This document shows positions 27,209 to 40,504 of a DNA stretch of 64,000 bases, one piece after another. The notes under the pieces are model-generated. The model worked only from the letters and a program-made list of their open reading frames with translations, did no database searches and was not told where the DNA came from. Position 1 is the stretch's first letter, and the number at the start of each line of letters is the position of its first letter. The position numbers and the translations under genes were made by a program. The stretch comes from the human T2T-CHM13v2.0 reference genome, Homo sapiens. The stretch lies in the NCBI RefSeq assembly GCF_009914755.1, contig NC_060934.1, one strand, 5' to 3'.

Positions 27209-28764
27209 GATCCCCTGGGTCCAGCAGCAACTGCCTCTGAACATTTCCGTCATTTGAGCCACCCAATCCCCTTCCCTTTTACTGTTCTACTGAGGGCAGC
27301 CAGCATCAAGTTTCTTACCACTTTGCAGCTAAAGAAGCCCCAAAGAAGACAAGTGCTCGGGCATCTCAAATAAATAATAACAACGACACTTCCCCTACTT
27401 GTTCCTCAATTGGCAAGCACTTGTATAACTAGCGCTCAGTTAGCATGATGCCTGGCACATAGTAGGCACAAATAACATGCACTAAAGAAGTGATTATCTA
27501 CCGCCTGCTCTTACCTCCCCCTGTTGAGAAGAGGTGAGAGGAGGGCCTGGTATTTTTATACACGGTATGGTAAGGGCTCACACTTAGCTGGTGCATACTG
27601 GTATGGCCGCGCTGTACATAGTTGCTCCTCAGAGCCCGTGCATGTCCCCTAGCACCCCCTCCCACTCTCTGGGCCACCAGAAATCCCCAGACCTCTCCAG
27701 GATCCAGTAAGTGAAGAAAGGTTAATACCCTAGCAGGGGCTCCAGGACAGCATCTGATTGGTCAACCTGGTTTTGCTGACTGTATAATATTTTGAATGTT
27801 ACCCTTGCATAAGGCCTAATATTTTTACTCCCAATGCTTTTAAAATTAATCCTCATAAAGCTCTAAAGTAACGCAGCACAAACTCCTTAACACAAAAGAA
27901 ATGTTTTTCCTCCAGACCTACCATACTGCTAAAAATGCAGGGGAAACAGCTTTCTAGATTGTCTCTGCATGAATATTAATAATAGTACAATCCGCCTGCA
28001 GATGTAGTCTTAGGCTTTTCATCTGGCCACATGATGCGCTGAGAAATCAACTGATCTGCAAAACTTTTCCCTCCTTCGTTAATACAGCTCCTTCCACGAA
28101 CAGCAATGTGTGATTCTTTCAGATTTTCTTTACCCCCACAGCTGGTGTTGTTCAATGGATTTTTTGGCACAAAGACGAACTCCCATCTGTATCCCAAGTC
28201 CAAAATAATCAAGAGGTTTTAGAGTTTATTTTTTCATGCATTTTTCTTCCTTCATCTTCTTTAATTTTCATAGATTAGGTATTTTTCAACTTTAAAAACC
28301 AGGTCTAATTACAGGCTCTTTGGAGGAATCACAGTGTACGGTCTGATTTTTCTAAACAGTTTGGGGAAATTTCATGTATGGCTTCAGAGTCGAGTGATCC
28401 CACTCATTTATAACCTGGGTAGAATTCTACAACAGGTGTGCTGAGGGATTCAGGAAAACACATAGAGAACATGTTCCACAGGTGTCGGTAGAAAGTCTCC
28501 AGATAATTCAGAAAAAGACAGCTCATGTGAATAACCCTCCATGGCCAAGATACAGGAAAATACAGAATAAGAATGGCTGCATTTTAGACATTTCAGTTTA
28601 AGAAAGAACTAGGTCCAACCATCAAGTGTAGATAAACCTGCTAAGGAAAAAAAAAGAAAAAAAAAAAACCATTCTGCAGGAGATTTGGCAGGAAGTAGGG
28701 TATTAGGAGAGAAAGAGAACAGGAAACTGGGATGATGTTGAAATCAGTCTTAGTTTCAGATGGA

Positions 28765-28909
28765 GGCCAGGCGAAGTGGCTCATGCCTGTAAATACTAGC
28801 ACTTTGAGAGGCTGAGGCAGGCAGGTTGCTTGAGTCCAAGAGTTCAAGACCAGCCTTGGCAACATGGCGAAACCCAGTCTCCAAAACAAACAAACAACAA
28901 CAAAAAAAA
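28765..28909 (+). mobile_element. FLAM_C / free left Alu monomer
   Basis: A single left arm followed directly by an AAAC tail. Confidence 0.85.
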
Positions 28910-29017
28910 CCCTGTCAGATTCAATTACCTATTGATGATTACATGATTGCTGACTTTGTTTCTTCTCTATCTAACATTATCCTTCCTCTTTGAAAGAATC
29001 TTTCCTTTCTACAACCC

Positions 29018-29496
29018 TGTATTGTTTTCCTGTAATTGTTGTAATGAATTATCACAAACTTGGTGGTTTAAAACATCAGAAATATCTTCTCTTCTGGTTC
29101 TGGAGCCAGAAGTCCCAGTCAATATCTTCAGGCCAAAACAAAGTGTCAGTAAGACCACACCCTTTTCAGTGGCTCATGGGAAGAGTTCATTCCTCACCTC
29201 TTTCAACTTATGGTTGCTGCTGGTGTTCTTTGGCTTATGATCACATTACCTGACCTTCTGCCTCCAAGGTCACAATGCCTTTTCCTCTTCTGCTTGAAAT
29301 CTCCCTCTGCCTCCGTCTTATAAGGACAGTTGTGATTGCACTTATTTCTCATCTAGATAATCCAGGGTAAGATCTTCATTCAAGATCCTCAATGGAATCA
29401 CATCCTCAAAGTTTTTTTGCCATGTAATATAACAGTCACAAGTTTTAGGGATTAGAACATGAACATCTCTGGCAGGGCATGATTCAGCTTATCACA
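29018..29496 (-). mobile_element. MLT1D-like solo LTR
   Basis: Runs tgtattgttttcctg...attcagcttatcaca, with TSD aaccc/gaccc. Confidence 0.85.
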
Positions 29497-29501
29497 GACC
29501 C

Positions 29502-29942
29502 TGTGATGGAAGCTGTGGGTTCCACCATAGGGAACCTCCCTGCCCCACCCCCCATACATGCTAATGGTGTCTCCTGAAAGTGCTTAAGATTCTCCATGGG
29601 GTGTTGGCCCTCAGCTGCTGCCAGAATCAGGCCAGAGGACCAGGGAGTTAGTGCCTCACAGAGCAGTCTTCTGGCAAAGGCATATAGAAATTGGAGGATA
29701 AATATCCCAGTTCACATGGAACAACTCAGAGATATTCTGTACCATCTCTTGGAGTTCTCTTTTGGGGTAGAGCTCTAGCTACCCACCATGGTAGCCTGCT
29801 TGGTGATGCACGTTATTTGCTTCCTTTCCTTCCCGGACTTTCTTGTCCCTTGGTGGTGTTTCCAAGGATGGGCTCCCACATAAACTACTTGCAGTGAAAG
29901 CCTGTCTCAAGATCTCCTCCTGGAGGAAACCAACCTCAGACA
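29502..29942 (+). mobile_element. LTR16-like ERVL solo LTR
   Basis: Runs tgtgatggaagctgtggg...cataaactacttgcagtgaaagcctgtctcaagatctcctcctggaggaaaccaacctcagaca. Confidence 0.7.
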
Positions 29943-30121
29943 GGGCTCATGTTCTTACCTTCTGATTCAACCCCATTTTCAGGCAGCATGGGCTGTACAC
30001 ACCCCTGCAGGGCAAGGGCCATAGCCAATTTACCTTTCCATTGCCAGGGTCTGCTGAAATGAATTAAGGAAAGGGCGAAACCAAAATATGACTCTGAGAA
30101 CCACATGGTTTAGGGCCTCTG

Positions 30122-30138
30122 GAGTCACGTGACTCAGC
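30122..30138. promoter_or_regulatory. Candidate composite CLEAR/E-box + AP-1 + ARE motif
   Basis: GAGTCACGTGACTCAGC contains GTCACGTGAC, TGACTCA and GTGACTCAGC. This is a motif match only. Confidence 0.4.
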
Positions 30139-32145
30139 CCCTGAAAGTCAGACTGAGTCTAGGGGGTAACAGGTTGAAGATCAAACTCTTTGCCGGCAAG
30201 ATCCTAAAAAAGGAATTGTCCTATTCAGAACTCAGGGTGTTGTTCCCAAATTCCTTTCACGTTGGAGGATTTTACTGTTCCTTCTGCATGCAGACCATGA
30301 TAGTGTTAATCTTCTATAAATAGAAAACAGCCCCAAAATGTATAATAATTGCATACGCCACTCCTTTTGTCAACTTTTTGATTTAGTGCAAGTTGCTGCA
30401 GAGCTGGGTTTTATTGTATTATGATACGACAGTAATCTTTTCTGAGGCTTTCACTTTATTTTGTTACATTTATCTAGCGCGCCAGATTCACACTCCCACA
30501 GTAACCATATGGGGAAAAGCCACAAAAGCTGTTAAGTACATTTAATTACTGTTTTGATGAGCTCATATTTTAATTATGTTTATTGATTCTGTGTATATTG
30601 AAATAGTTTTAGCATTTCCAGAAGAAAAAAAAAACCGGAATCAATATGCAGCAATTACTGAACATTTTATGATTGTGTGTGTAATTAAAACTTTCATAAA
30701 CTATTTTTGAAGCACATTTCCCCCTAATCCTATAGCAGTGATTAACTGAGTTTCTTACTGTGCTTAGGTAAGCTTTGGTTTTTCTTCTATGTAGAAGGAA
30801 AATAGGGATCAGAACAAAATATGTTTATAGTCAAATATTTCTGACTTAAAATGTCTCCCTTCCAAAACAACAGAAAGCACATATTGTACCTTACACGATT
30901 TGCTAAAACACCGCTAACAATGATAAAACACAAATTTAAACTTCCTAACAATTCGGTGTTGCCAACTCAAAGATTAGTCCAACTGTCAGCCATACATATG
31001 TTGTTGCTAAGTGACAGATTAAAAAACAAAAAACCGCAACCGTCCAGTGTCTGCCTCCATCCTTTTCTCATACTGTTGACGTTTTTACAGTTCTTGGGGA
31101 ATTTTTACTTAAAAAAAAATAAAACTACCTAAGCCCCACCTTGTTCAGAGAATTAAATCAGTGCCATTTTCATCTTCTGCATTTCATTACTCTCTGTCTG
31201 TCCAGGAGAAAACAAAGCCAAAATAGGGTGCTGTCTCTTCAGGACGTGATGCTAGCTGGTCTGTTCCAGGAACAAGTACTTCAAGCAAAACCAATTTACC
31301 CCGGTCTGTGTTTCTAAAAGCACCATTCCCCCAACCCCCTTCATCAGCATCACCAGCAGCTTTTGGAAACCCAGAAATTCTTGGGTCCCACCTGGGCGTC
31401 TGAGTCTCTAGAGAGAGCCACAGGAATCTGAGTTAGAAATACGATTTCCAGGTCTCAGGCACACTCACGTTTACAGGTCATTGAGGGCATTCCAAAAGGC
31501 TTCTCCCACTCCTCTCAGTTTTCTCATTCTAAAGTGGATCCTTCACAGTTTGTTCCAGAAAAAAATCATGGCTTGGAGCCTGCAGGTGCTACCTGCAGAC
31601 AAATTGTTCCCTAAGACAGCCTGGGTAGGCAGCTTCATTCCCCTGAATGGGGGCAACCTGTGTCTACCCATGCTCTCAAACAGCAAACAGCAGGGGGCTG
31701 CCTTCAGCAAGTGCACAGGACACCTGTTCTCAAGGAACTCGCCTCAGGAAATAATTGTTTGGGATCCAAACTTACCAAAAGCCTGATTGAGAGGAATGTA
31801 TTAGCTTCCTGTCACTGCTGTAACAGATTACCACCAACTGGTGGTCTAAAACCACAGAAATCTATTCTCTCACAGTTCTGGAGATCAGAAGTCTAAAGAC
31901 AAGGTGTTGGCAGGGTTAATTCCTCTGGGAAGCTCTGAGGGAGAGGCTGTTCCGTGCCTCTTTCCTAGCTAGTGGTGGTTACTGGTGATCCTTGGGGTTC
32001 TTTGACTTGTAGATGCATCAGTAGAATCTGTGGCTCCATCGTCACGTTGTTTTTCTCCCTGTGTGTCTGCGTTTCTGTGCCCGAATTTCCCTCTCCTTAT
32101 AGACACCAGTGATCAGCTAGAGCCGAATGTAAACTAGCGTGACCT

Positions 32146-32928
32146 TGTATTAGCCAATCGAGGTTTCCCAGCGAAACAGACTAATAGGCTCTCTCTCTAT
32201 ATATAGAGCCTATTATAATATATGTACATATAATATATATAGTCTAATATATATTAGTTTATATGTAATATATACTTTATATATATCAGTTTAATATATA
32301 TTAGTCTATATTATTGTCTAATATAGATTAGTCTATATATAAAAATATATAGACTATAATAGACTAATATATATAGATATATATTATATATAACTATACT
32401 CATATATTAGTCTATATATATTATACATAACTATATATTATATATAGTTTAAAATATATGTTAGACTACATATATAGCCTATATGTAGGCATATATATAC
32501 ATATATAAAAAACTATATAATAGATACAGACTAATGGACTAGCATATATATCTCTTTATATATCTGTAGCCTATTAACCTATATATAGATGTATATATTA
32601 GTCTGTTAGTCTATATATAATATGACTATTATATAATAGACTGTAGACTAATATAATATATATTATGTATAGACTTAGATATATATGTGTGTGTGTGTGT
32701 GTGTGTGTCTGTGTGTGTGTGTATAGGCTATTTATATTGGTCTCTTGCAGGGCATTATTCAGCCTACCACCTATGGTGGAAGCTGTGGGTTCCCCATCTG
32801 TAACCTCAGACTCATCATTTTAGTACATGCCAACTGTGTCCCCTACATATATAGCATATTGGTCTCTCTCTATATATGTATAAATCTATACATCCACAGC
32901 CTGTCAGTCTTTTTATATATATAGCATA

Positions 32929-32972
<44 letters not shown>

Positions 32973-33392
32973 GGAATAGGCTCACATGATTATGGAGACT
33001 GAGAGGTTCCAAGATCTGGAGTCAGCAAGTTGGAGACTGAGGAGAGTTGGTGGTGGAGATCCAGTCTGAATCCAAAGGCCGGAGAACCAGGTGTGCTGAT
33101 GGTGTAAGTAAGTCCTACTACAAGGGCAGGAGAAGACCAATGTCTCAGCCCAAGCAGTCAGGCAAAGAGACAGAACTCAACCTCCCACTGCCTTTTTGTT
33201 CCGTTTAAGCCCTCAATGAGTTGCTTGACACCCACCCAAATTGAGGAGGACCATCTGCTTTACTTAGTCCATCTATTTAAATGCTAATCTTTTCCAGAAA
33301 CACTCTCACAGACACACCTAAAAATAATGTTTAACTAGCTATCTGGGCATCCTGTGGCCCAGTCAAGTTAACACATAACATTAATAATCACA
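32146..33392 (-). mobile_element. MLT2B-like ERVL LTR carrying a large TA-rich expansion
   Basis: Runs tgtattagcc...gaaacagactaatagg[TA tract]gaggaataggctcacatgattatggagactgagagg...cccagtcaagttaacacataacattaataatcaca, with degenerate TSD gacct/aactt. Confidence 0.88.
32185..32966. repeat. Complex (TA)n/(TG)n/(CA)n low-complexity tract
   Basis: Read directly; it contains a non-repetitive insert at about 32741-32846. Confidence 0.95.
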
Positions 33393-34146
33393 AACTTCAT
33401 CTTGATTACATCTGCAAAGATCCTATTTCCAAATAACATCCCATTCACAGGTGCTGGGGGCTAGGACTTGACCATATTTTGAGGTGGACTACAATTTAAC
33501 CCACAGCAACGAGTAATGTTTATGGAGGGCTATTTGAAGAAATGTCTTCCACCCATTCTCCTCAAGTCTCAAATAGTTCATGTTTTGTCTTTAGATTCAG
33601 CAAGACCATCAAAAGCTGCATCCCCAGGCCTTCTTGCTTTGGGTCCTCCCAGAAAGGCTTTCCTGAGAGAGGGATTTCGGTCAGTTTCTAATGATTCTTG
33701 CTGAGGGGTGCTGAAGTGGAGGAGTGTTACTCTGAGTGTGGCCCATAGATGGATGTCATTCCTCAAACTGCATGTTCACCAGTCCTCAAAGATGAGAATC
33801 CTTCACCAAAGTAGGTTGAGAAGTGCTATTGCAAAGGACACCAGCTACATTACTCTGGTCCCTTGTGAAGTGCCTTGGAAGACATTTATTTTACTGTTAG
33901 GTGCTAGTTAAGTCCTTCCCAGTTAAGAAAACTACGTTTATTGCTCTTCAACAACTGACCATGTCTCCCTTTTCTATCTGACTCTAAGAATCTTAATTAT
34001 ATAATAATGTAGCCCAGGCCAGTAATTAAATTAAGAGACTGAGTCTGGGCAGGGGGGATGTTGGAGGCCTGGAGACTCTATGACACTAGGAAGCATATAA
34101 CCTATCTCAAGACATTTATACCTACATTTTAAAAACATGTATTCAT

Positions 34147-34430
34147 TCACGCCTGTAATCCCAGCACCTTGGGAGGCCGAGGTGGGCCGATCACGAGGTC
34201 AGGAGATCGAGACCATCCTGGTGAACACGGTGAAACCCCGTCTCTACTAAAAATACAAAAAAATTAGCTGGGCATGGTGGCAGGCGCCTGTAGTCCCAGC
34301 TACTCAGGAGGCTGAGGCAAGAGAATGGCATGAACCCGGAAGGCGGAGCTTGCAGTGAGCCAAGATCTCACCACTGCACTCCAGCCTGGGCTACAGAGGG
34401 AGACTCTGTCTCAAAAGAAAAAAAAAAAAA
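34147..34430 (+). mobile_element. AluY, 5'-truncated by about 15 nt, inserted in an antisense L1MC-like fragment
   Basis: AluY diagnostics 'gagatcgagaccatcctgg' and 'gaatggcatgaacccggaaggcggagcttgcag' are present. TSD is gtattcat (34139-34146 / 34431-34438). Confidence 0.93.
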
Positions 34431-35099
34431 GTATTCATTATGGAAATTTTCAAACATATAAAAATAGAGAGTTTTCATAAACTTGTCATTTGGATTCAGA
34501 AATTGTCAACATTTTAGTACTCTTTATTTACCTACCCCACTTTTTTTATTTTATATATTTTAAAATATATTTTATTTTATATATTTAAAAATACATCTCA
34601 GATGTTTTGTGGTTTTACTGGCACATGTACCATTATCATACCTATGAGAATTAATGATAATTCCTTAGTATCCTCTAATATTTAATCCATATTCAAATCT
34701 TGCAAATCCAAAACCAATGTTAGTTTTGCAGTTGGACTAAACAAGGCCTACACATTGCATTCATTAGTTACAGTTCTTCATTTGCTTTTGTCCTATAACA
34801 GTCTCTCCTTTCACTGGTTTGTAAAACAGGATAAAAAACTTTTAAAAAACACTATGTGGGCCAAACAAAACGCCACTTCAGTTGAGTTTGCTCATGTGCT
34901 GCCATTTTGAAATCTCTTGTGAGGCCCAGATATTTGCATTCAATTTTTCTCCCTGAGTTTGACTTCCTGTTTTAATTTCCATTTTCCCTGCATCTGATTT
35001 TCTAATTTGATTTTGAGGTTACCACTTCATTCTGTGTGTTTTTGCCATAAGCTCTCAAATCCTTGACAGGATGATTTGGGCTATAAGTAAGTTGAATTA

Positions 35100-35677
35100 C
35101 AGTTATGCACTGCAGAATTAGGTTTTGGTTGTTAGGGACTGATATACAACAGTGGACCCATAAGACTATAATGAAGTTGAAAATTTCAACATCATAGCCG
35201 TTAAAATGTCATAGCACAATCATTTAAAAATAAACAAATTTAGTGTAACCTAAGTTCACATGTTTATAAAGGCTATGGTAGTGTACAGTCATGTCCTAGG
35301 CCTTCACATTCACTCACCACTCACTCCCTGACTCACCCAAAGCAACTTACCAGTCCTACAAGCTTCATTCGTGGTAAGTACCCTATACAGGTGTACCATT
35401 TCTTATCTTGTATAGGTATTTGTACTATACCTTTTCTATGTTTATAAAGATACACCCTGTCACGCTTGTGTTCCAATTGCCTATAGTATTTAGTGCAGTA
35501 CCATGCTATACAGGCTTGTAGCCTAGGAGCAATAAGCTAGACCATATAACCTAGGTGTGTGGTACGTTAATCCACCTAGGTTTGTGTAAGGACACTCTTT
35601 AATGTTTGCACAACAACAAAATCTCCTAATGATGCATTTATTAAAATGTATACTCATCATTAAGGGACACATGACTA
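35100..35677. mobile_element. Tigger3 (MER7/Golem)-type DNA transposon derivative
   Basis: TA-flanked cagttatgca...cacatgacta, with internal 'cacattcactcaccactcact' and 'tagcctaggagcaataagcta'. Confidence 0.85.
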
Positions 35678-35694
35678 TACGTAATAAATACGTG

Positions 35695-36300
35695 TTTGAC
35701 AATAGCCAAGATATAAAATCAACCTAAATATTCATCAACAGATGAATGAATAAAGAAAATGTGGTATATATACACATGGAATTCTATTTAGTCATAAAAA
35801 AGAAGAAAATTCTGTCATTTGAGGCAACATACATAAACCTGGAGAACATTACGTTAAGTGAAATACGCCAGGCACAGAAAGACCAATATTGCATGTTCCC
35901 ACTCATATGTGGAAGCCAAAAAGTTTGAACTGTTAGAAGTAGAGAGTAGAATAATGGTTTCTAGAGACAGGGAAGGGTTGAGGGAGGAGGGATAGCCGAG
36001 GGTCGGTTAGCAAATACCAAGTACAGCTAGGCAGGAGGAGTAAGTTCTAGCATTCTATAGCAGGATATGGTGATTATAGTTAACAACAATTTATTGTATA
36101 TTTTCAAGTAGCTAGTAGAGCATATCTTGAATGTTCCCAACACAAATAAATGATAAATGTTTGAAGTGATGGATTTGCTAATGACCCTGATTTGATCACT
36201 AATGCTGTATACATATGTATCAAAATACCACACTGTACCCCATAAACATATACAATTACTATGTCAATTAAAAATAATAATAAAAGCATAAATACAATAA
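35695..36300 (+). mobile_element. L1MA-type 3' end
   Basis: Runs 'caatagccaagatataaaatcaacctaaatattcatcaacagatgaatgaataaagaaaatgtgg' through 'tatgtcaattaaaaataa'. Confidence 0.9.
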
Positions 36301-36358
36301 ATCCTTGAGATAACAAAGTTCCCAGGAAGCTGAGTCCCATTGTTTAAAAGTCACCCCT

Positions 36359-36668
36359 GGCTGGGCACGGTGGCTCACACCTGTGATCCCAGCATTTTAG
36401 GAGGCTGATGCAGGAGGATCACCTGAGGTCAGGAGTTAAAGACCAGCCTGGCCAACATGGTGAAACTACATCTCTACTAAAAATACAAAAATTAGCTGGG
36501 TGTGGTGGTGCACCTGTAGTCCCAGCTACTTGGGAAGCTGAGGTGGGAGGATCTCGCTTGAGCCTGGGAGGCAGAGGTTGCAGTGAGCTGAGATCACAAC
36601 ATTGTACTACAGCTCGGGCGATAAAGCAAGACTCCATCTCAGAAAAAACAAACAAACAAACAAAAAAA
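36359..36668 (+). mobile_element. Alu (S-like left arm, J-like right arm)
   Basis: Full dimer with an AAAC tail. The TSD is approximately aaaagtcacc/aaaactcacc. Confidence 0.93.
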
Positions 36669-37794
36669 CTCACCTCAAGTGTTTAGCCTGCTGGTTCATC
36701 AAGTGCCAATCAGCTCTCATAGCTGACTTGCTTAAATCAGCTCACAGCATGAGGTGAGGCTCTTGGCCACTGTAAATCCCTCCAATTGAAAGGGAGGGCA
36801 GAGCCAGGGAAATGCTATTTTGCCTTTTTGTTTTGTGATCAGTAAGAAGAAGCCCATCAGAGGTAGTAATCAGATTCTAGAGTTTGTCATTTATGCATGA
36901 ATTCAGCAGTGTGTTTGACAGAAAATTCCAGTGAATCCAGCAGAGTTGGGGTAAGGAGTCAAGATCTCACTGGGTTTTTATGACATTTATTGAAGATCTT
37001 CATATAGTATTAAATTAAAAAAAGGCAAGAAAAAACAAAGCAAGACTTTTCAGTAAAACTTCTCTGTCATTTCTTATTTTGAAGACTGGGAAATTTCCAA
37101 AGTAACTTAGAACACATTTGCTAAAAGGTCTACAATGGTGGGGGAGGAAATTTTCCCTATGAAAAGATTTATCGCATCCTTTCTCTTGGGATTCATATGT
37201 AACACATAGATGTATGACAATAGCTCAGGATTCATTCGAAAGGGAAGAACAATTAACACATGTGTTAAGTTTGCTCTGGCTGTGTGCTCAGCAGTATTCT
37301 AGGTTTTGTGGGAAATCAAAAATGTGCGAGGCAGTTTTTGCCATCCAATAATTAACAATCCAGATGGAAGTTGGAAACTCACACATGGAGAGCCTCGTAT
37401 TGGCTGATGGAATGAGTGGTTCCATAAGCAGCAGTGTCTCAGGAGCTCTGTGGATATACACCAGGCGGTCTCACTGCCTCTTGTCCCCACCCAAGTCTAT
37501 CCCTGATAAGTGAAACCATGGGCTCACCCTACTGTGGGCCCCTCCTCTCCTCACAAGCCTTCGAGACTTCTCTCCTGTGCAGTCACTTCACTCAGAATGA
37601 AATGCAAACTCTTCCCTTCGACACTGAAGGTCCTCCTCAGTTTCATCCTTCTTTGTCTTTCCAGCGGGATCTCCTCCTTCCTCCCTCTGTCCCTTACACA
37701 CACAGGCATGCACAGGTGCGTACGCACACACACAGCACATTCAAAATTCCCTGAAACACCACCTCCAAGAATTCCCATATTTTTCCTTTTTGAA

Positions 37795-37990
37795 TGGAGG
37801 ATCATGTGGTATAGGAAACAAAACAAGCGTGGGCCCCCAAACGTTTTGCATTTGAATTTTCGCCATCTGTGGACTGTCTGACCTTGGGTAATCCATGTAG
37901 CCTCTATCAGCCTGACTTTACTTATCTACAGAATGAAGATAAAAATCATGCCCACTCTCAGAGTTGATGAGATAGGACATTTGTAATGTG
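37795..37990 (+). mobile_element. MIR SINE
   Basis: Contains 'tgaccttgggtaatccatgtagcctctatcagcctgactttacttatctacagaatgaagataaaaat'. Confidence 0.65.
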
Positions 37991-39262
37991 ATTACTGTGT
38001 GGCTCCTTGTGGCCCTCCAACTCAGTAGCTGATTTTCTAATCCTGGCCTGATTTGATTGACTCCCTATCCCTTCTGCCCCAAGGTTTAGGAACACAGCTC
38101 GAGAAAATGAAAGAGAGAGTCCTGAGCAGACAGAGATGAGCATGGCAGGAGCTCAGGGAGCAAATGGAGACTGGAAGCTGAAACACTGGGGTCAGCACTA
38201 AGAGAGCAAGATGGGGGACTTCGTGCTGCAGCTTCCTGGCTTCCTGGTTCCTTCCCCGCCCTCGTCCTCCTTCCTTCACTCACCGATTCCAGGCCCTTTT
38301 AAGGCTACCCAGAGCAACCTCGCCCAGTAAACTACACTCTCTCAGGCCTTGACTGAGGCTGTGTTGACAACCACTAAAGTTGCCACTTAACTCCAGCTCT
38401 TTAAAAGTCCGATTTCATAACAGGATGATGTGATCCCGGCAGCATTTGCGAGGTGCAGCTGCCTGTGTGTAATCAGGCACAGACCACAGCAGTGTGCGTG
38501 GCAAGCATTCTGTTCCAAAGTTTCCTTCAGTTTCTTGAATTCTATCAGTCTGAAAAGTGAAAGGAAACAGCACTGAAGGCCTTTAGGGTCAAGATAATGG
38601 TGGGAAATGACAGGGAACTCCATCAAGAAATCAAATATCCACTGAATTTATAATCCATATTTAATATGGATTAAACATTAGAGTATTTCATCTCCATGCT
38701 CACAGGCGTAATATTCTAATCGCACAGGGACTAAATACTGCCCCTTCCAAAAAGAAAATCTGCTCTGGTTCCTATGCAACTATGCATCACTGTGTATCCT
38801 AAACACAGCCAACACAGTATAAAGGCTTAACACGTGGGCAGCTTTCCTCTGTGATCTGCCTTTGTGAACCTCCTTTCTGGTAATGGCTAACACACTTATG
38901 CTGAGACATAGAGGGCCTCCTTTAGAAATGATCAAAGCTGTGAGAAAGAGAATTCAGGTGAGCACTGGCACATGACTCTGGTGGGATGACGTGCTTGAAT
39001 CTGGCCCTGCAGCAATAGAATTAGTTTTCGAAACAGAAGAGAACTACAGATCTCTGTGTAGTTCAGTCTTCTTGCTCCTTTCTGAGGACATTTTCATTCC
39101 ACAGGGAATCTGGTCACCATGCTGAAAGTTACCAGAGTGGGCTGAAATCTCCCCAACACACAAATGGCCAACATTCTTCATAGTAATCCATTCTGCTCAT
39201 AAGGAAGGAACCCAGGCTCCAGGGACTCTGTTCCTCTCACAAGTGATATTTTCCTATAATAA

Positions 39263-39800
<538 letters not shown>

Positions 39801-40060
39801 CGGTTTAGTCTGAGAACAGTCATTCTCTTGCAGCCTACACCAGGCTTGGCTTCACCAACCAGAAACTTCCAGAAGAGGTCGTATATCCACTAATATGATG
39901 TATGAAGACTTCCAGCCCACCAGGCCACGGGGAAACTTGGTCGCCCCGTAAGTCCCATGAGTTCTATGTGTTCTCAAGAGCAGGTCCCTCATGTCCCCCT
40001 GCCCGGCCCCCTGGCCCAGTACCTCGCCACTCCTGCTACTGCACCCTGGGAATGGCTGCC

Positions 40061-40407
40061 TGTTATGGCTTGGCTGTGTCCCCACCCAAATCTCATCTTG
40101 AGTTGTAGCTTCCATAATTCCCACGTATTGTAGGAGAGACCCAGTGGGAAATAATTGAATCATAGGTGCAGTTTCCCCCATACTGTTCTCGTGGTAGTGA
40201 ATAAGTCTCACGAGAGCTGATGGTTTGATAAGGGGTTTCCCCTTTTGCTTGATTCTTGTTGTCTCTCTTGCCTGCCACCATGTAAGACACCCCTTGCTTT
40301 TCTGCCATGATTGTGAGGCCTCCCCAGACATATGAAACTGTGAGTCAATTAAACCTCTTTCCTTTATAAACTACCCAGCCTTGGCAGCGTGAAAACAGAC
40401 TGATACA
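40061..40407 (+). mobile_element. THE1B-like solo LTR
   Basis: Runs tgttatggcttggctgtgtccccacccaaatctc...gactgataca, with perfect TSD ctgcc. Confidence 0.95.
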
Positions 40408-40504
40408 CTGCCTCTGCCAGTGACTTCTCCTAACACCAGCACTGTGGACTGGGGAGGGTGGCCTGCCCTCCTCTTCACTCTTCTGCCTCAAGTGTGAACC
40501 AGGC

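Larger units (their letters stand above)
31797..33508 (-). mobile_element. MLT1C-like LTR split by MLT2B
   Basis: The MLT1 first part spans 31797-32145 and resumes at 33393 with 'catcttgattacatctgcaaagatcctatttccaaataa'. Confidence 0.85.

Noticed and set aside
26780-27373. 197-aa His/Thr-rich ORF
   Set aside because: It is LTR16-like sequence followed by a CA repeat read as HTHT.
38651-38673. Short AT-rich palindromes (11-bp arms here; 13-bp arms with one mismatch at 62931-62956)
   Set aside because: They are short and AT-rich, with no TSD, TIR family match or other support.
39852-40331. Mutually similar ORFs here and at 4925-5239 and 19900-20214 (PLIKPS.L.R.IHYHEN.MGET), resembling a paralogous gene family
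   Set aside because: All three are the same reading frame of THE1 LTRs.
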